This document shows, in pieces, positions 7,691 to 15,572 of a stretch of 55,008 nt of DNA. The notes beneath the pieces were generated by a model. The model saw nothing but the letters and a program-made list of their open reading frames with translations, had not been told where the DNA came from and made no database searches. A program made the translations under genes and the position numbers. Position 1 is the stretch's first letter, and each line of letters starts with the position of its first letter. Source of the stretch: Rickettsiales bacterium (GTDB taxonomy: Bacteria > Margulisbacteria > Marinamargulisbacteria > GCA-2716485 > GCA-002719695); assembly GCA_038120575.1 (NCBI GenBank), contig JAYOLY010000001.1, positions 1 to 55,008 on the forward strand, written 5' to 3'.

Positions 7691-8116
7691 ATGACAGAGA
7701 CACTAACTCTTTCAAAAGAACTTTATACCGATGTGATTAATCATGCAAAATCAATTGCTCCGATTGAATCCTGCGGTTATCTTGCCGGAAAAGACAATCA
7801 TGTGGAAACGTTTTATCCCATGACAAATGTCGACAACAGCCCTGAACATTTCAGCTTTGATCCTAAAGAACAATTTTCAGTTGTGAAACAAGCAAGACAA
7901 AACAATCAAAAGCTACTAGCAGTCTATCATTCTCATCCAGAGTCTCCTGCTAGATTGTCAGAAGAAGATATAAAACTATTCAACGATCCTGATCCTGTTT
8001 ATATCATCGTGTCACTTCTTAACGATAATGCCATAATGAAAGGCTTTAAAATAAAAAAACCAAACGAAAATGAAATTGAAATTAAACAAGTCAATTTAAC
8101 TATTCAGGGAGAATAA
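7691..8116 (+). CDS. JAMM/MPN+ metalloprotease (Mec/HcyD/QbsD-like)
   Basis: The upstream Glu sits in PIESCGYLAG and the JAMM motif is HSHPESPARLSEEDI. The start was chosen at the ATG preceded by AAAAAGGAG, in frame with track ORF 7649. Confidence 0.85.
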   Translation: MTETLTLSKELYTDVINHAKSIAPIESCGYLAGKDNHVETFYPMTNVDNSPEHFSFDPKEQFSVVKQARQNNQKLLAVYHSHPESPARLSEEDIKLFNDPDPVYIIVSLLNDNAIMKGFKIKKPNENEIEIKQVNLTIQGE

Positions 8117-8118
8117 TT

Positions 8119-10452
8119 ATGAGATTTTATCAATCAGCACCAACATTAAAAAAAGAACAAGATATATTTGAAGAGGATATCAAGGCTTTTGCGACAGGAA
8201 AAATTCATCCTGTTAAATTTAAAGGTATTCGAGTGGCTCATGGCGTTTATGAACAAAGACAAGAACACACCTACATGATTCGAATTCGTTGTGCAGCAGG
8301 AGGAATTACACCAAGTCAGTTAAGAAAGGTAGCAGAGCTAGGCGAAAAATATGGAAGTAGTGAAGTTCATTTTACAACACGACAAGAGGTTCAAGTTCAT
8401 GATGTATTAATTCAAAATGTAATGAATGTCATTCGAGGTTTAAACGAAGTTGATTTAAGTTCTCGTGGAGGGGGCGGAAATACCATTAGAAACATATTAA
8501 CGTCTCCAATGTCTGGTGTTGAAAAGGGAGAAGCCTTTGACGTTGATCCATATGCAATTGCGTTAACAACACGAATGATTAACGAAGAAGATTCTTGGAA
8601 TTTACCTAGAAAATTTAAAATTGCTTTTTCAAATAGCGATCAAGACACTGCGTTTACTCAGGCAACATGTTTAGGGTTTGTAGCAACATTTCAAAATGGT
8701 CAGAAAGGGTTTAATGTCTATACAGCTGGAGGAATGGGCGCAAAACCTATGGTTGGGCACGAATTAATTGGATTTATTCCAGATACACAGGTCTACCATG
8801 TAACAAGAGCTATCAAAACCATGTTTGATAAACATGGAAATAGACGAAGTAAATATTCTTCAAGAATTAAATTTTTATGGAAAAAACTTGAAAAAGAAAA
8901 ATTTCTTGAACTATTTTATGAAGAATACAACAAAATTAAAGATGATGAATCATTAAATTTAGAGTTGCCTGAAATGGTTAATGCATGCCAAGATCCCAAT
9001 ATTGACCCAATACATGATACCTCAGAAGAGTTTATGTTATGGAAAAGTCGTTATGCTACAGAGCAAAAGCAAGAAGGTCTTTATTCAGTAAAGCTTTCAC
9101 TATGTTTAGGCGATTTATTAAGCAAGGATGCGTATCAATTATGCGATTTTCTTGAACCATTTGGAGACAACTGTATACGATGTGATCGAAATCAGAATAT
9201 GAGAGTTCGAAATATGCCAGAAAAATATTTGGGTAATTTGTATCACATTGTAAAAAATCTGGGACACACATTAATAAATTATCCAGCATTTATTGGAAAT
9301 ATGATTAATTGTACGGGTGCACAAACATGTAAATTAGGCATTTGTCTACCAAGAGGGTTATCGACTGAAATAAGAGATCGTTTAAAAGAATCAGATCTTA
9401 ACTTGGATGCGATTCCAGAATTTAGATTAAATATGTCAGGATGTCCTAATACTTGTGGGATGCATCACATTGCACATCTTGGCTTTTTTGGAAAAATTGG
9501 ACGAAAAGATGGGGTCATTTATCCTGCTTATAATGTTTTAGCAGGAGGAAGAGTTGCTAATGGAAAAACACAATATGCCCAAAAAGTTGGCGATTTGCCT
9601 GCACATAAAACACCAGAATTTGTATATCAATTTTTGAAAAATTATATTTCTGAAAAAGAAGAATATGACAACTACTATGACTACTTAGAAAAAGAAGGAA
9701 ACGATTTAATTTCAAGTTTGTGTGAACAAATGAAAGAGGTTCCATCATTTGAAGAGGATCCATCATATTACACCGATTTTGGAGCAAAACATCCATTAAG
9801 ACTTGATGATATGGGAACAGCAGAATGTTCAGCTGGTATGTTTGATATGATTAATGTTGATAAAAAAGAAATTGAAACAATCAAAAAAGAGATTGAGTCT
9901 AATCAAGCTATTAATGCAGAAAAGCTTTACAAAATGTTATTTCATTCTGCAAGAATGTTGCTTGTAACACGAGGGCTTGATGCAAAAAATGACGAAGACG
10001 TATTTGCTTTGTTTTCAAAGCATTTTATTACCACAGAATTAATATCTCCACGCTATGAAAACATTGTAAAGCAAGCAAAAAACGCAGAGTTAGCACAGTT
10101 GGGTAGTCAACAAGATCTTATTATTAATTTAGGTCAAGATATTATTGAATTGTATAAAGGAATGGATGATTCATTACGATTTAAATCAGACGTAAAGGAA
10201 AAATATCAAGAAACCGAACCAACTGAAAGCCTTAAAAAAGATTTTCGTGGAGTCGCGTGTCCAATGAATTTTGTGAAGACTAAACTCGTTTTAGAAACAA
10301 TGAAAGCTGGACAACTATTAACTATATTACTAGACGATGGGGCGCCAATACAAAATGTTCCAAACTCAGTAAAACTTGAAGGGCATAATATATTAAAACA
10401 AGAACAAGCAAGTGAAGGTCATTGGTCTGTAACAATCAAAAAGGGAAAATAA
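8119..10452 (+). CDS. assimilatory sulfite reductase hemoprotein (nitrite/sulfite reductase family) fused to a C-terminal TusA/SirA-like domain
   Basis: The siroheme/4Fe-4S cysteine motifs are CTGAQTCKLGIC and SGCPNTCG. The last ~75 aa read DFRGVACPMNFVKTKL...GQLLTILLDD....NVP, which is a TusA-like CP.. motif and fold pattern. Confidence 0.8.
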   Translation: MRFYQSAPTLKKEQDIFEEDIKAFATGKIHPVKFKGIRVAHGVYEQRQEHTYMIRIRCAAGGITPSQLRKVAELGEKYGSSEVHFTTRQEVQVHDVLIQNVMNVIRGLNEVDLSSRGGGGNTIRNILTSPMSGVEKGEAFDVDPYAIALTTRMINEEDSWNLPRKFKIAFSNSDQDTAFTQATCLGFVATFQNGQKGFNVYTAGGMGAKPMVGHELIGFIPDTQVYHVTRAIKTMFDKHGNRRSKYSSRIKFLWKKLEKEKFLELFYEEYNKIKDDESLNLELPEMVNACQDPNIDPIHDTSEEFMLWKSRYATEQKQEGLYSVKLSLCLGDLLSKDAYQLCDFLEPFGDNCIRCDRNQNMRVRNMPEKYLGNLYHIVKNLGHTLINYPAFIGNMINCTGAQTCKLGICLPRGLSTEIRDRLKESDLNLDAIPEFRLNMSGCPNTCGMHHIAHLGFFGKIGRKDGVIYPAYNVLAGGRVANGKTQYAQKVGDLPAHKTPEFVYQFLKNYISEKEEYDNYYDYLEKEGNDLISSLCEQMKEVPSFEEDPSYYTDFGAKHPLRLDDMGTAECSAGMFDMINVDKKEIETIKKEIESNQAINAEKLYKMLFHSARMLLVTRGLDAKNDEDVFALFSKHFITTELISPRYENIVKQAKNAELAQLGSQQDLIINLGQDIIELYKGMDDSLRFKSDVKEKYQETEPTESLKKDFRGVACPMNFVKTKLVLETMKAGQLLTILLDDGAPIQNVPNSVKLEGHNILKQEQASEGHWSVTIKKGK

Positions 10453-10677
10453 ATGATTGAATCTAAACGGCGAAGTTTTTTAAAAGTAATTTCATGGCGG
10501 ACAACTGCCACACTTACAACCATTTTGATTTCATTTATCATTACAGGAAATACAGAATTGGCAATGAAAATCGGTGTTTTAGAAGTTCTTGCAAAAATAT
10601 TATTGCAATATTTACATGAAAGAGTATGGTCAAATATTAAATTTGGTTTAAAAAAAGAAATGGACTATCAAATATAG
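10453..10677 (+). CDS. DUF2061-family small membrane protein
   Basis: The sequence KRRSFLKVISWRTTATLTTILISFIITG...LHERVW matches my recollection of DUF2061. The ATG abuts the sulfite reductase stop. Confidence 0.6.
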   Translation: MIESKRRSFLKVISWRTTATLTTILISFIITGNTELAMKIGVLEVLAKILLQYLHERVWSNIKFGLKKEMDYQI

Positions 10678-10689
10678 GTCTAATTAAAC

Positions 10690-11448
10690 ATGGAATCAAA
10701 ACAGCTTACAATTCAATATGTCGAGCAATTAAATAAAGAATTTAAGACGTCTTCAATTAAAGAGGTCTTAAGATTTATATTAGAAAAATATGGATCAAAA
10801 AGCATACTAGCTTCTTCCTTAGGCTTAGAAGATCAGCTTTTGACTTATGAATGGCTATCTATTTCACCAAACGCTCGAATATTTGTGCTAGATACTGGTC
10901 GTCTTAACCAGGAAACCTATGATGTCATGGAAAGCACTATGAAACAGTATTCATTTAATTATGAAGTCTATCAGCCAGATGCTTCTGACATTAAGCAATT
11001 AATTGAAGAAAAAGGCCATTTTTCATTTTACAAAAGCATAGAAAATAGAAAAGAATGTTGCTATTTAAGAAAAACAAAACAACTAAATAAGGTTTTAAAA
11101 ACAGTCGATGTATGGATAACAGGTTTACGAATTGAACAGTCTGTCACACGAAAAAATATTGATTTATTTGAAATAGATACGGCTCACAATATTTTAAAAG
11201 TAAATCCATTGATAAATTGGACATATAATGAGGTGTATAAAGACATTAACGCGAAAGATATCCCATATAATGTTCTGCATGATAAGGGCTATCCAAGCAT
11301 TGGTTGTGAACCTTGTACACGAGCAATTAAAGACGGGGAAGATAGCCGTGCAGGAAGGTGGTGGTGGGAAGCACCAGAACAAAAGGAATGTGGAATTCAC
11401 ATTTCAAATGGAAAAATTATTCCTAAAAAAAATAAAGAGGTAGATTAA
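10690..11448 (+). CDS. cysH: adenylylsulfate (APS)/PAPS reductase, thioredoxin-dependent, Fe-S type
   Basis: The C-terminal KECGIH motif is present. A CC pair (KECCYLRK) plus CEPC gives the CC...CxxC pattern typical of the Fe-S cluster-containing APS reductases. Confidence 0.85.
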   Translation: MESKQLTIQYVEQLNKEFKTSSIKEVLRFILEKYGSKSILASSLGLEDQLLTYEWLSISPNARIFVLDTGRLNQETYDVMESTMKQYSFNYEVYQPDASDIKQLIEEKGHFSFYKSIENRKECCYLRKTKQLNKVLKTVDVWITGLRIEQSVTRKNIDLFEIDTAHNILKVNPLINWTYNEVYKDINAKDIPYNVLHDKGYPSIGCEPCTRAIKDGEDSRAGRWWWEAPEQKECGIHISNGKIIPKKNKEVD

Positions 11449-12375
11449 ATGACATCTTTTTCAAATGAAACAACAAAAACATTAACGCATCTCAAACAAC
11501 TGGAAGCAGATAGTATTCACATTTTTCGAGAAGTTGTAGCAGAAACAGATAATCCTGTCTTATTGTATTCCATTGGAAAAGATTCTGCCGTTTTGATGCA
11601 TCTAGCACGAAAAGCATTTTATCCTTCTGATCTGCCATTTCCTGTTATGCATGTAGATACTAATTGGAAGTTTAAAGAAATGGTAGCATTTCGAGATCAA
11701 AAAGCAAAAGAATGGAATCTAGATTTAATTGTTCATAAAAATCAAGAAGGATTAAAACAAAATATAGGCCCATTTACTCACGGATCTGCCGTTCATACAG
11801 ATATTATGAAAACACAAGCTTTAAAACAGGCATTAGATAAATACAAGTTTGATGCCGCGTTTGGAGGGGCAAGACGGGATGAAGAAAAATCTCGTGCAAA
11901 AGAACGTATATTTTCATTCAGAAGTAAACAACATCGCTGGGATCCAAAAAATCAACGTCCAGAACTATGGTCTTTATATAATACTAAAAAAAATAAAGGA
12001 GAATCTATTCGTGTTTTTCCATTATCTAATTGGACAGAACTCGATATTTGGCAGTATATCTATCTGGAAAATATTCCAATTGTACCGCTGTATTACGCAA
12101 AAAAAAGACCAGTTGTCGACCGTGATGGCGTCTTAATAATGGTTGATGATGATCGGATGCCTTTAAAAGAAGGCGAAGTTCCAGTAGAAAAATTTGTACG
12201 TTTTCGAACATTGGGATGCTACCCACTAACAGGCGCTATTGAATCAACTGCTGCAACGTTGCCAGATATTATTCAGGAAATGCTGTTAACAACAACATCT
12301 GAGCGACAAGGTCGGGTTATTGATAGCGATTCTGGAGCATCTATGGAGCAGAAAAAACAGGAGGGATATTTTTAA
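11449..12375 (+). CDS. cysD: sulfate adenylyltransferase subunit 2
   Basis: The PP-loop-like motif is [14 protein letters not shown]. The conserved C-terminus is [16 protein letters not shown]...ERQGR..D. It abuts cysH. Confidence 0.9.
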   Translation: MTSFSNETTKTLTHLKQLEADSIHIFREVVAETDNPVLLYSIGKDSAVLMHLARKAFYPSDLPFPVMHVDTNWKFKEMVAFRDQKAKEWNLDLIVHKNQEGLKQNIGPFTHGSAVHTDIMKTQALKQALDKYKFDAAFGGARRDEEKSRAKERIFSFRSKQHRWDPKNQRPELWSLYNTKKNKGESIRVFPLSNWTELDIWQYIYLENIPIVPLYYAKKRPVVDRDGVLIMVDDDRMPLKEGEVPVEKFVRFRTLGCYPLTGAIESTAATLPDIIQEMLLTTTSERQGRVIDSDSGASMEQKKQEGYF

Positions 12376-12376
12376 G

Positions 12377-14182
12377 ATGGCACATCAAGCAGATTTAATT
12401 GAAACAGATATTTTAGCTTATTTAAAATCTCAAGAACATAAAAGTTTATTACGTTTTATAACCTGTGGATCAGTAGATGACGGAAAATCAACGTTAATAG
12501 GTAGACTTCTTTACGAGTCAAAATTAATTTATGAAGACCAACTTTCAGCTCTAGAGAAAGACTCCAAAAAAGTGGGTACGCAAGGCCAAAAAATAGATTT
12601 TGCACTTCTTGTTGATGGACTAGCTGCAGAGCGAGAGCAAGGCATTACTATTGATGTTGCATACCGATACTTTTCAACAGATAAAAGAAAATTTATTGTT
12701 GCAGATACTCCTGGACATGAGCAGTATACCAGAAATATGGCAACAGGTGCCTCAACAGCAGATCTTGCCATTTTAATGATTGATGCTCGAAAAGGAGTGC
12801 TTACTCAAACAAAACGACATTCTTCAATTGTACAGATGTTAGGTGTTAAAAAAATTGTGTTAGCTGTCAATAAAATGGATTTAATGGATTATTCAAAAGA
12901 CGTCTTTGACAACATTGTAAAAGACTATACCCATTTTGCAACTAAAATCGGACTTACAGATTTAAAAGCTATCCCCGTCTCTGCACTGGAAGGAGATAAT
13001 ATCACGGCTAGTTCGGATAAAATGAGTTGGTATACAGGTGGAACGCTCATGTCTTATCTAGAGTCTGTGTCTATAAATGATTCTATTGAACAAGATACAT
13101 TTAGTATGCCAATTCAATGGGTTAATCGACCAAATCTAGATTTTCGAGGATTTTCAGGACAAATTGCAAGCGGAAAAATAGACGTTGGCGATTCTGTAAA
13201 AGTGCTGCCAGCAAATATTAAAACTAAAATTAAATCTATTGTTACATTTGATGGAGATCTACCCACAGCAATTAAAGGTGAATCTATTACGTTAACATTT
13301 GAAGATGAAATTGATGCATCTCGCGGAGATGTTTTAGTTTCAGAAGATAGTTCAACGCAAAAAGCTAGCGCATTTAAAGCAAAAATGCTTTGGATGTCTG
13401 AAGATTCTATGGTGGATGAAAAACAATATTGGGTCAAAACACGAGCAAAAATGGTAACTGGAAGTTTAAAAACCCCAGATTATAAAATTGATGTAAATAC
13501 TCTCGAAAAAAATCAATCTGGAAATCTTCAGCTCAATGAAATTGGTGTTTTAGATATTGTTCTTGATCAAGATATTGCTTACGAAAAATATCAAGATAAC
13601 AAGCATTTAGGAAGTTTTATTTTAATTGATAGGTTAACAAACAATACAGTTGCAATGGGGCTTATTCAATCGTCTATTGAAGAAACAAGTTGGGTAGATC
13701 ATTTTGTTAAGCAACGAGATAAATACTGGGTTAGAAGTTTAATCACAAATAATGAACGACATATCAAATATAATCATAAACCGTTACTCATTATTTTATC
13801 TTCAAAAAATAAATGTGACTATTCAACCTCAGCAAAACAATTAGAAAAAGAATTATTTAATTTAAATATAAGTACCTATCGATATGGATTTCAGTTTATG
13901 AGATCTGCCGTGAATGCTAATGACGGTTTTCAGCAAGCTGAAATGCGACAAGAAATGATTCAGCAACTCATGGAAATAGGTCATGCATTTTGCGATGCTG
14001 GAATGGTTTTTATTACAGCTATTCACAATATTAAAGACCATGAAATTGGACCCATTGAACAAATAATGAGTCCATTTGAGATTGTTACAATATACATTGA
14101 CGAATTATTTTTAAATCAAAATAACACGGTAGCTGAGCCTGTTTTAGAATTGATACAAAATAAAATAAAATTAAGTAGCTAA
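12377..14182 (+). CDS. cysN: sulfate adenylyltransferase subunit 1 (GTPase) with a degenerate C-terminal APS-kinase-like domain
   Basis: G1 is GSVDDGKSTLIGRLL, G3 is DTPGHEQY and G4 is NKMD. The C-terminal ~170 aa align to CysC, but the Walker A position reads LSSKNKCDYST. The start was trimmed to the ATG 1 nt after the cysD stop. Confidence 0.85.
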   Translation: MAHQADLIETDILAYLKSQEHKSLLRFITCGSVDDGKSTLIGRLLYESKLIYEDQLSALEKDSKKVGTQGQKIDFALLVDGLAAEREQGITIDVAYRYFSTDKRKFIVADTPGHEQYTRNMATGASTADLAILMIDARKGVLTQTKRHSSIVQMLGVKKIVLAVNKMDLMDYSKDVFDNIVKDYTHFATKIGLTDLKAIPVSALEGDNITASSDKMSWYTGGTLMSYLESVSINDSIEQDTFSMPIQWVNRPNLDFRGFSGQIASGKIDVGDSVKVLPANIKTKIKSIVTFDGDLPTAIKGESITLTFEDEIDASRGDVLVSEDSSTQKASAFKAKMLWMSEDSMVDEKQYWVKTRAKMVTGSLKTPDYKIDVNTLEKNQSGNLQLNEIGVLDIVLDQDIAYEKYQDNKHLGSFILIDRLTNNTVAMGLIQSSIEETSWVDHFVKQRDKYWVRSLITNNERHIKYNHKPLLIILSSKNKCDYSTSAKQLEKELFNLNISTYRYGFQFMRSAVNANDGFQQAEMRQEMIQQLMEIGHAFCDAGMVFITAIHNIKDHEIGPIEQIMSPFEIVTIYIDELFLNQNNTVAEPVLELIQNKIKLSS

Positions 14183-14260
14183 CAAGTTTCATTTAATTTA
14201 GATCTCAAACTAATTTGTCTTGATGTTTCAACCAAGTAAATTTTGGGAATCTAAATTTAC

Positions 14261-15529
14261 ATGAAAAAAATAATAACCCAGTTAGTCAATTTAACAATTC
14301 TAAAAAAAATGCTAATAGCCGTCGTCATGGCTATTGTTGTTGCTGTTTTATTTCCTAACGTTGGAACATTTGTTAAACCTTGGGGAGATATAATCTTAAG
14401 GTTAATAAAAATGATTATTGTACCTTTAATTTTTTTCTCTATTGCAAAGGCTGTAATTGATATAAAAGATGCGACAAAAGCCGCTAGTCTAGGAGTGGGC
14501 TCTTTTTTGCTATATACATTAACAACGTGTCTAGCAACGTGCTGGGCACTACTTGTGTCTATCCCATTATTTAATGTCATTACGTTGCCAGATTTAAGCC
14601 ATTTTAATACAAAAAATATTGATCAAATTGTTTCGAATGTAACCGAATACGGTGGATTTCTTGACGCAATATTTAAAATTGTTCCTAGTAATTTGCTGTC
14701 TGCATTTGTCAATGGCGATACATTATCTGTCATATTTTTTGCTGTTGTTGTTGGATTTCTTGTGTTAAAAATGATTAATTCTCAAGAGTTTGCAGCTCAG
14801 GGGAAAATTTTGGAACAGTTAATACATTCTTGTTCAACCCTAATTTATCAATTTGTAAATGTTGTGGTATCAATTATGCCTTTTGCTGTATTTGCATATT
14901 TAACTTGGATGATTAGTGCTCAAGATCCAACTTTAATTATTGCATTGGGCAAAATGATTATAATCGGCTTTTCTACATTAATTCTTCATACAATTTTAAC
15001 GTATGGAGGACTATTGCTTGTGTCAGGTTTGAATATAATGACATTTTTTAAAAAGTTTTTTCCAGTTCAGTTATTTGCTTTTACAACAGCTTCAAGTGCA
15101 GCAACAATTCCATTAAATGAAAGACGACTCATTAAAAAATTAGGTGTGTCTAAAGCCACTTCAGGATTTGTTGTTCCTTTTGGTGCTACTGTAAACATGG
15201 ATGGCACTGCAATATGTCAGGTTGTTTATGCCCTTTTTATAGCTCAATTATATGGCATAGAACTTGGGTTTAGTAGTTATGCAACACTTGCCATTATGTC
15301 GTCAGTCATTTCAATTGGTGTAGCTGCTGTGCCTTCGGCAAGTTTAGTTACGCTTGGTATTGTTCTTGGAATCGTTGGAATTCCCGTTGAAGGAATTGGA
15401 ATTGTGATTGCTACCGATCGCTTACTTGATATGGCACGAACCACTGTCAATGTAACAGGAGATGGTGTCGTGTCTGTTGTTATGGATAAGATGTTGGGGC
15501 GATTCAACAAAGAGTTATATAACCAATAA
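14261..15529 (+). CDS. dicarboxylate/amino acid:cation symporter (DAACS, GltP/SstT/TcyP-like) family transporter
   Basis: It is polytopic and carries TTASSAATIPL, GATVNMDGTA, VPSASLV and DRLLDMARTTVNVTGD. Confidence 0.8.
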   Translation: MKKIITQLVNLTILKKMLIAVVMAIVVAVLFPNVGTFVKPWGDIILRLIKMIIVPLIFFSIAKAVIDIKDATKAASLGVGSFLLYTLTTCLATCWALLVSIPLFNVITLPDLSHFNTKNIDQIVSNVTEYGGFLDAIFKIVPSNLLSAFVNGDTLSVIFFAVVVGFLVLKMINSQEFAAQGKILEQLIHSCSTLIYQFVNVVVSIMPFAVFAYLTWMISAQDPTLIIALGKMIIIGFSTLILHTILTYGGLLLVSGLNIMTFFKKFFPVQLFAFTTASSAATIPLNERRLIKKLGVSKATSGFVVPFGATVNMDGTAICQVVYALFIAQLYGIELGFSSYATLAIMSSVISIGVAAVPSASLVTLGIVLGIVGIPVEGIGIVIATDRLLDMARTTVNVTGDGVVSVVMDKMLGRFNKELYNQ

Positions 15530-15572
15530 GATTTACTGGTTAGTTTGATATGATTTTTGTATAATTCTTAAC

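Noticed and set aside
14195-14257. A 9-bp inverted repeat (aatttagat ... atctaaatt) upstream of the DAACS transporter start, considered as an operator or riboswitch-like element.
   Set aside because: The arms are short, purely AT-rich and separated by 45 nt, which is easily expected by chance at this base composition. I found no similar site at the Rrf2 promoter.
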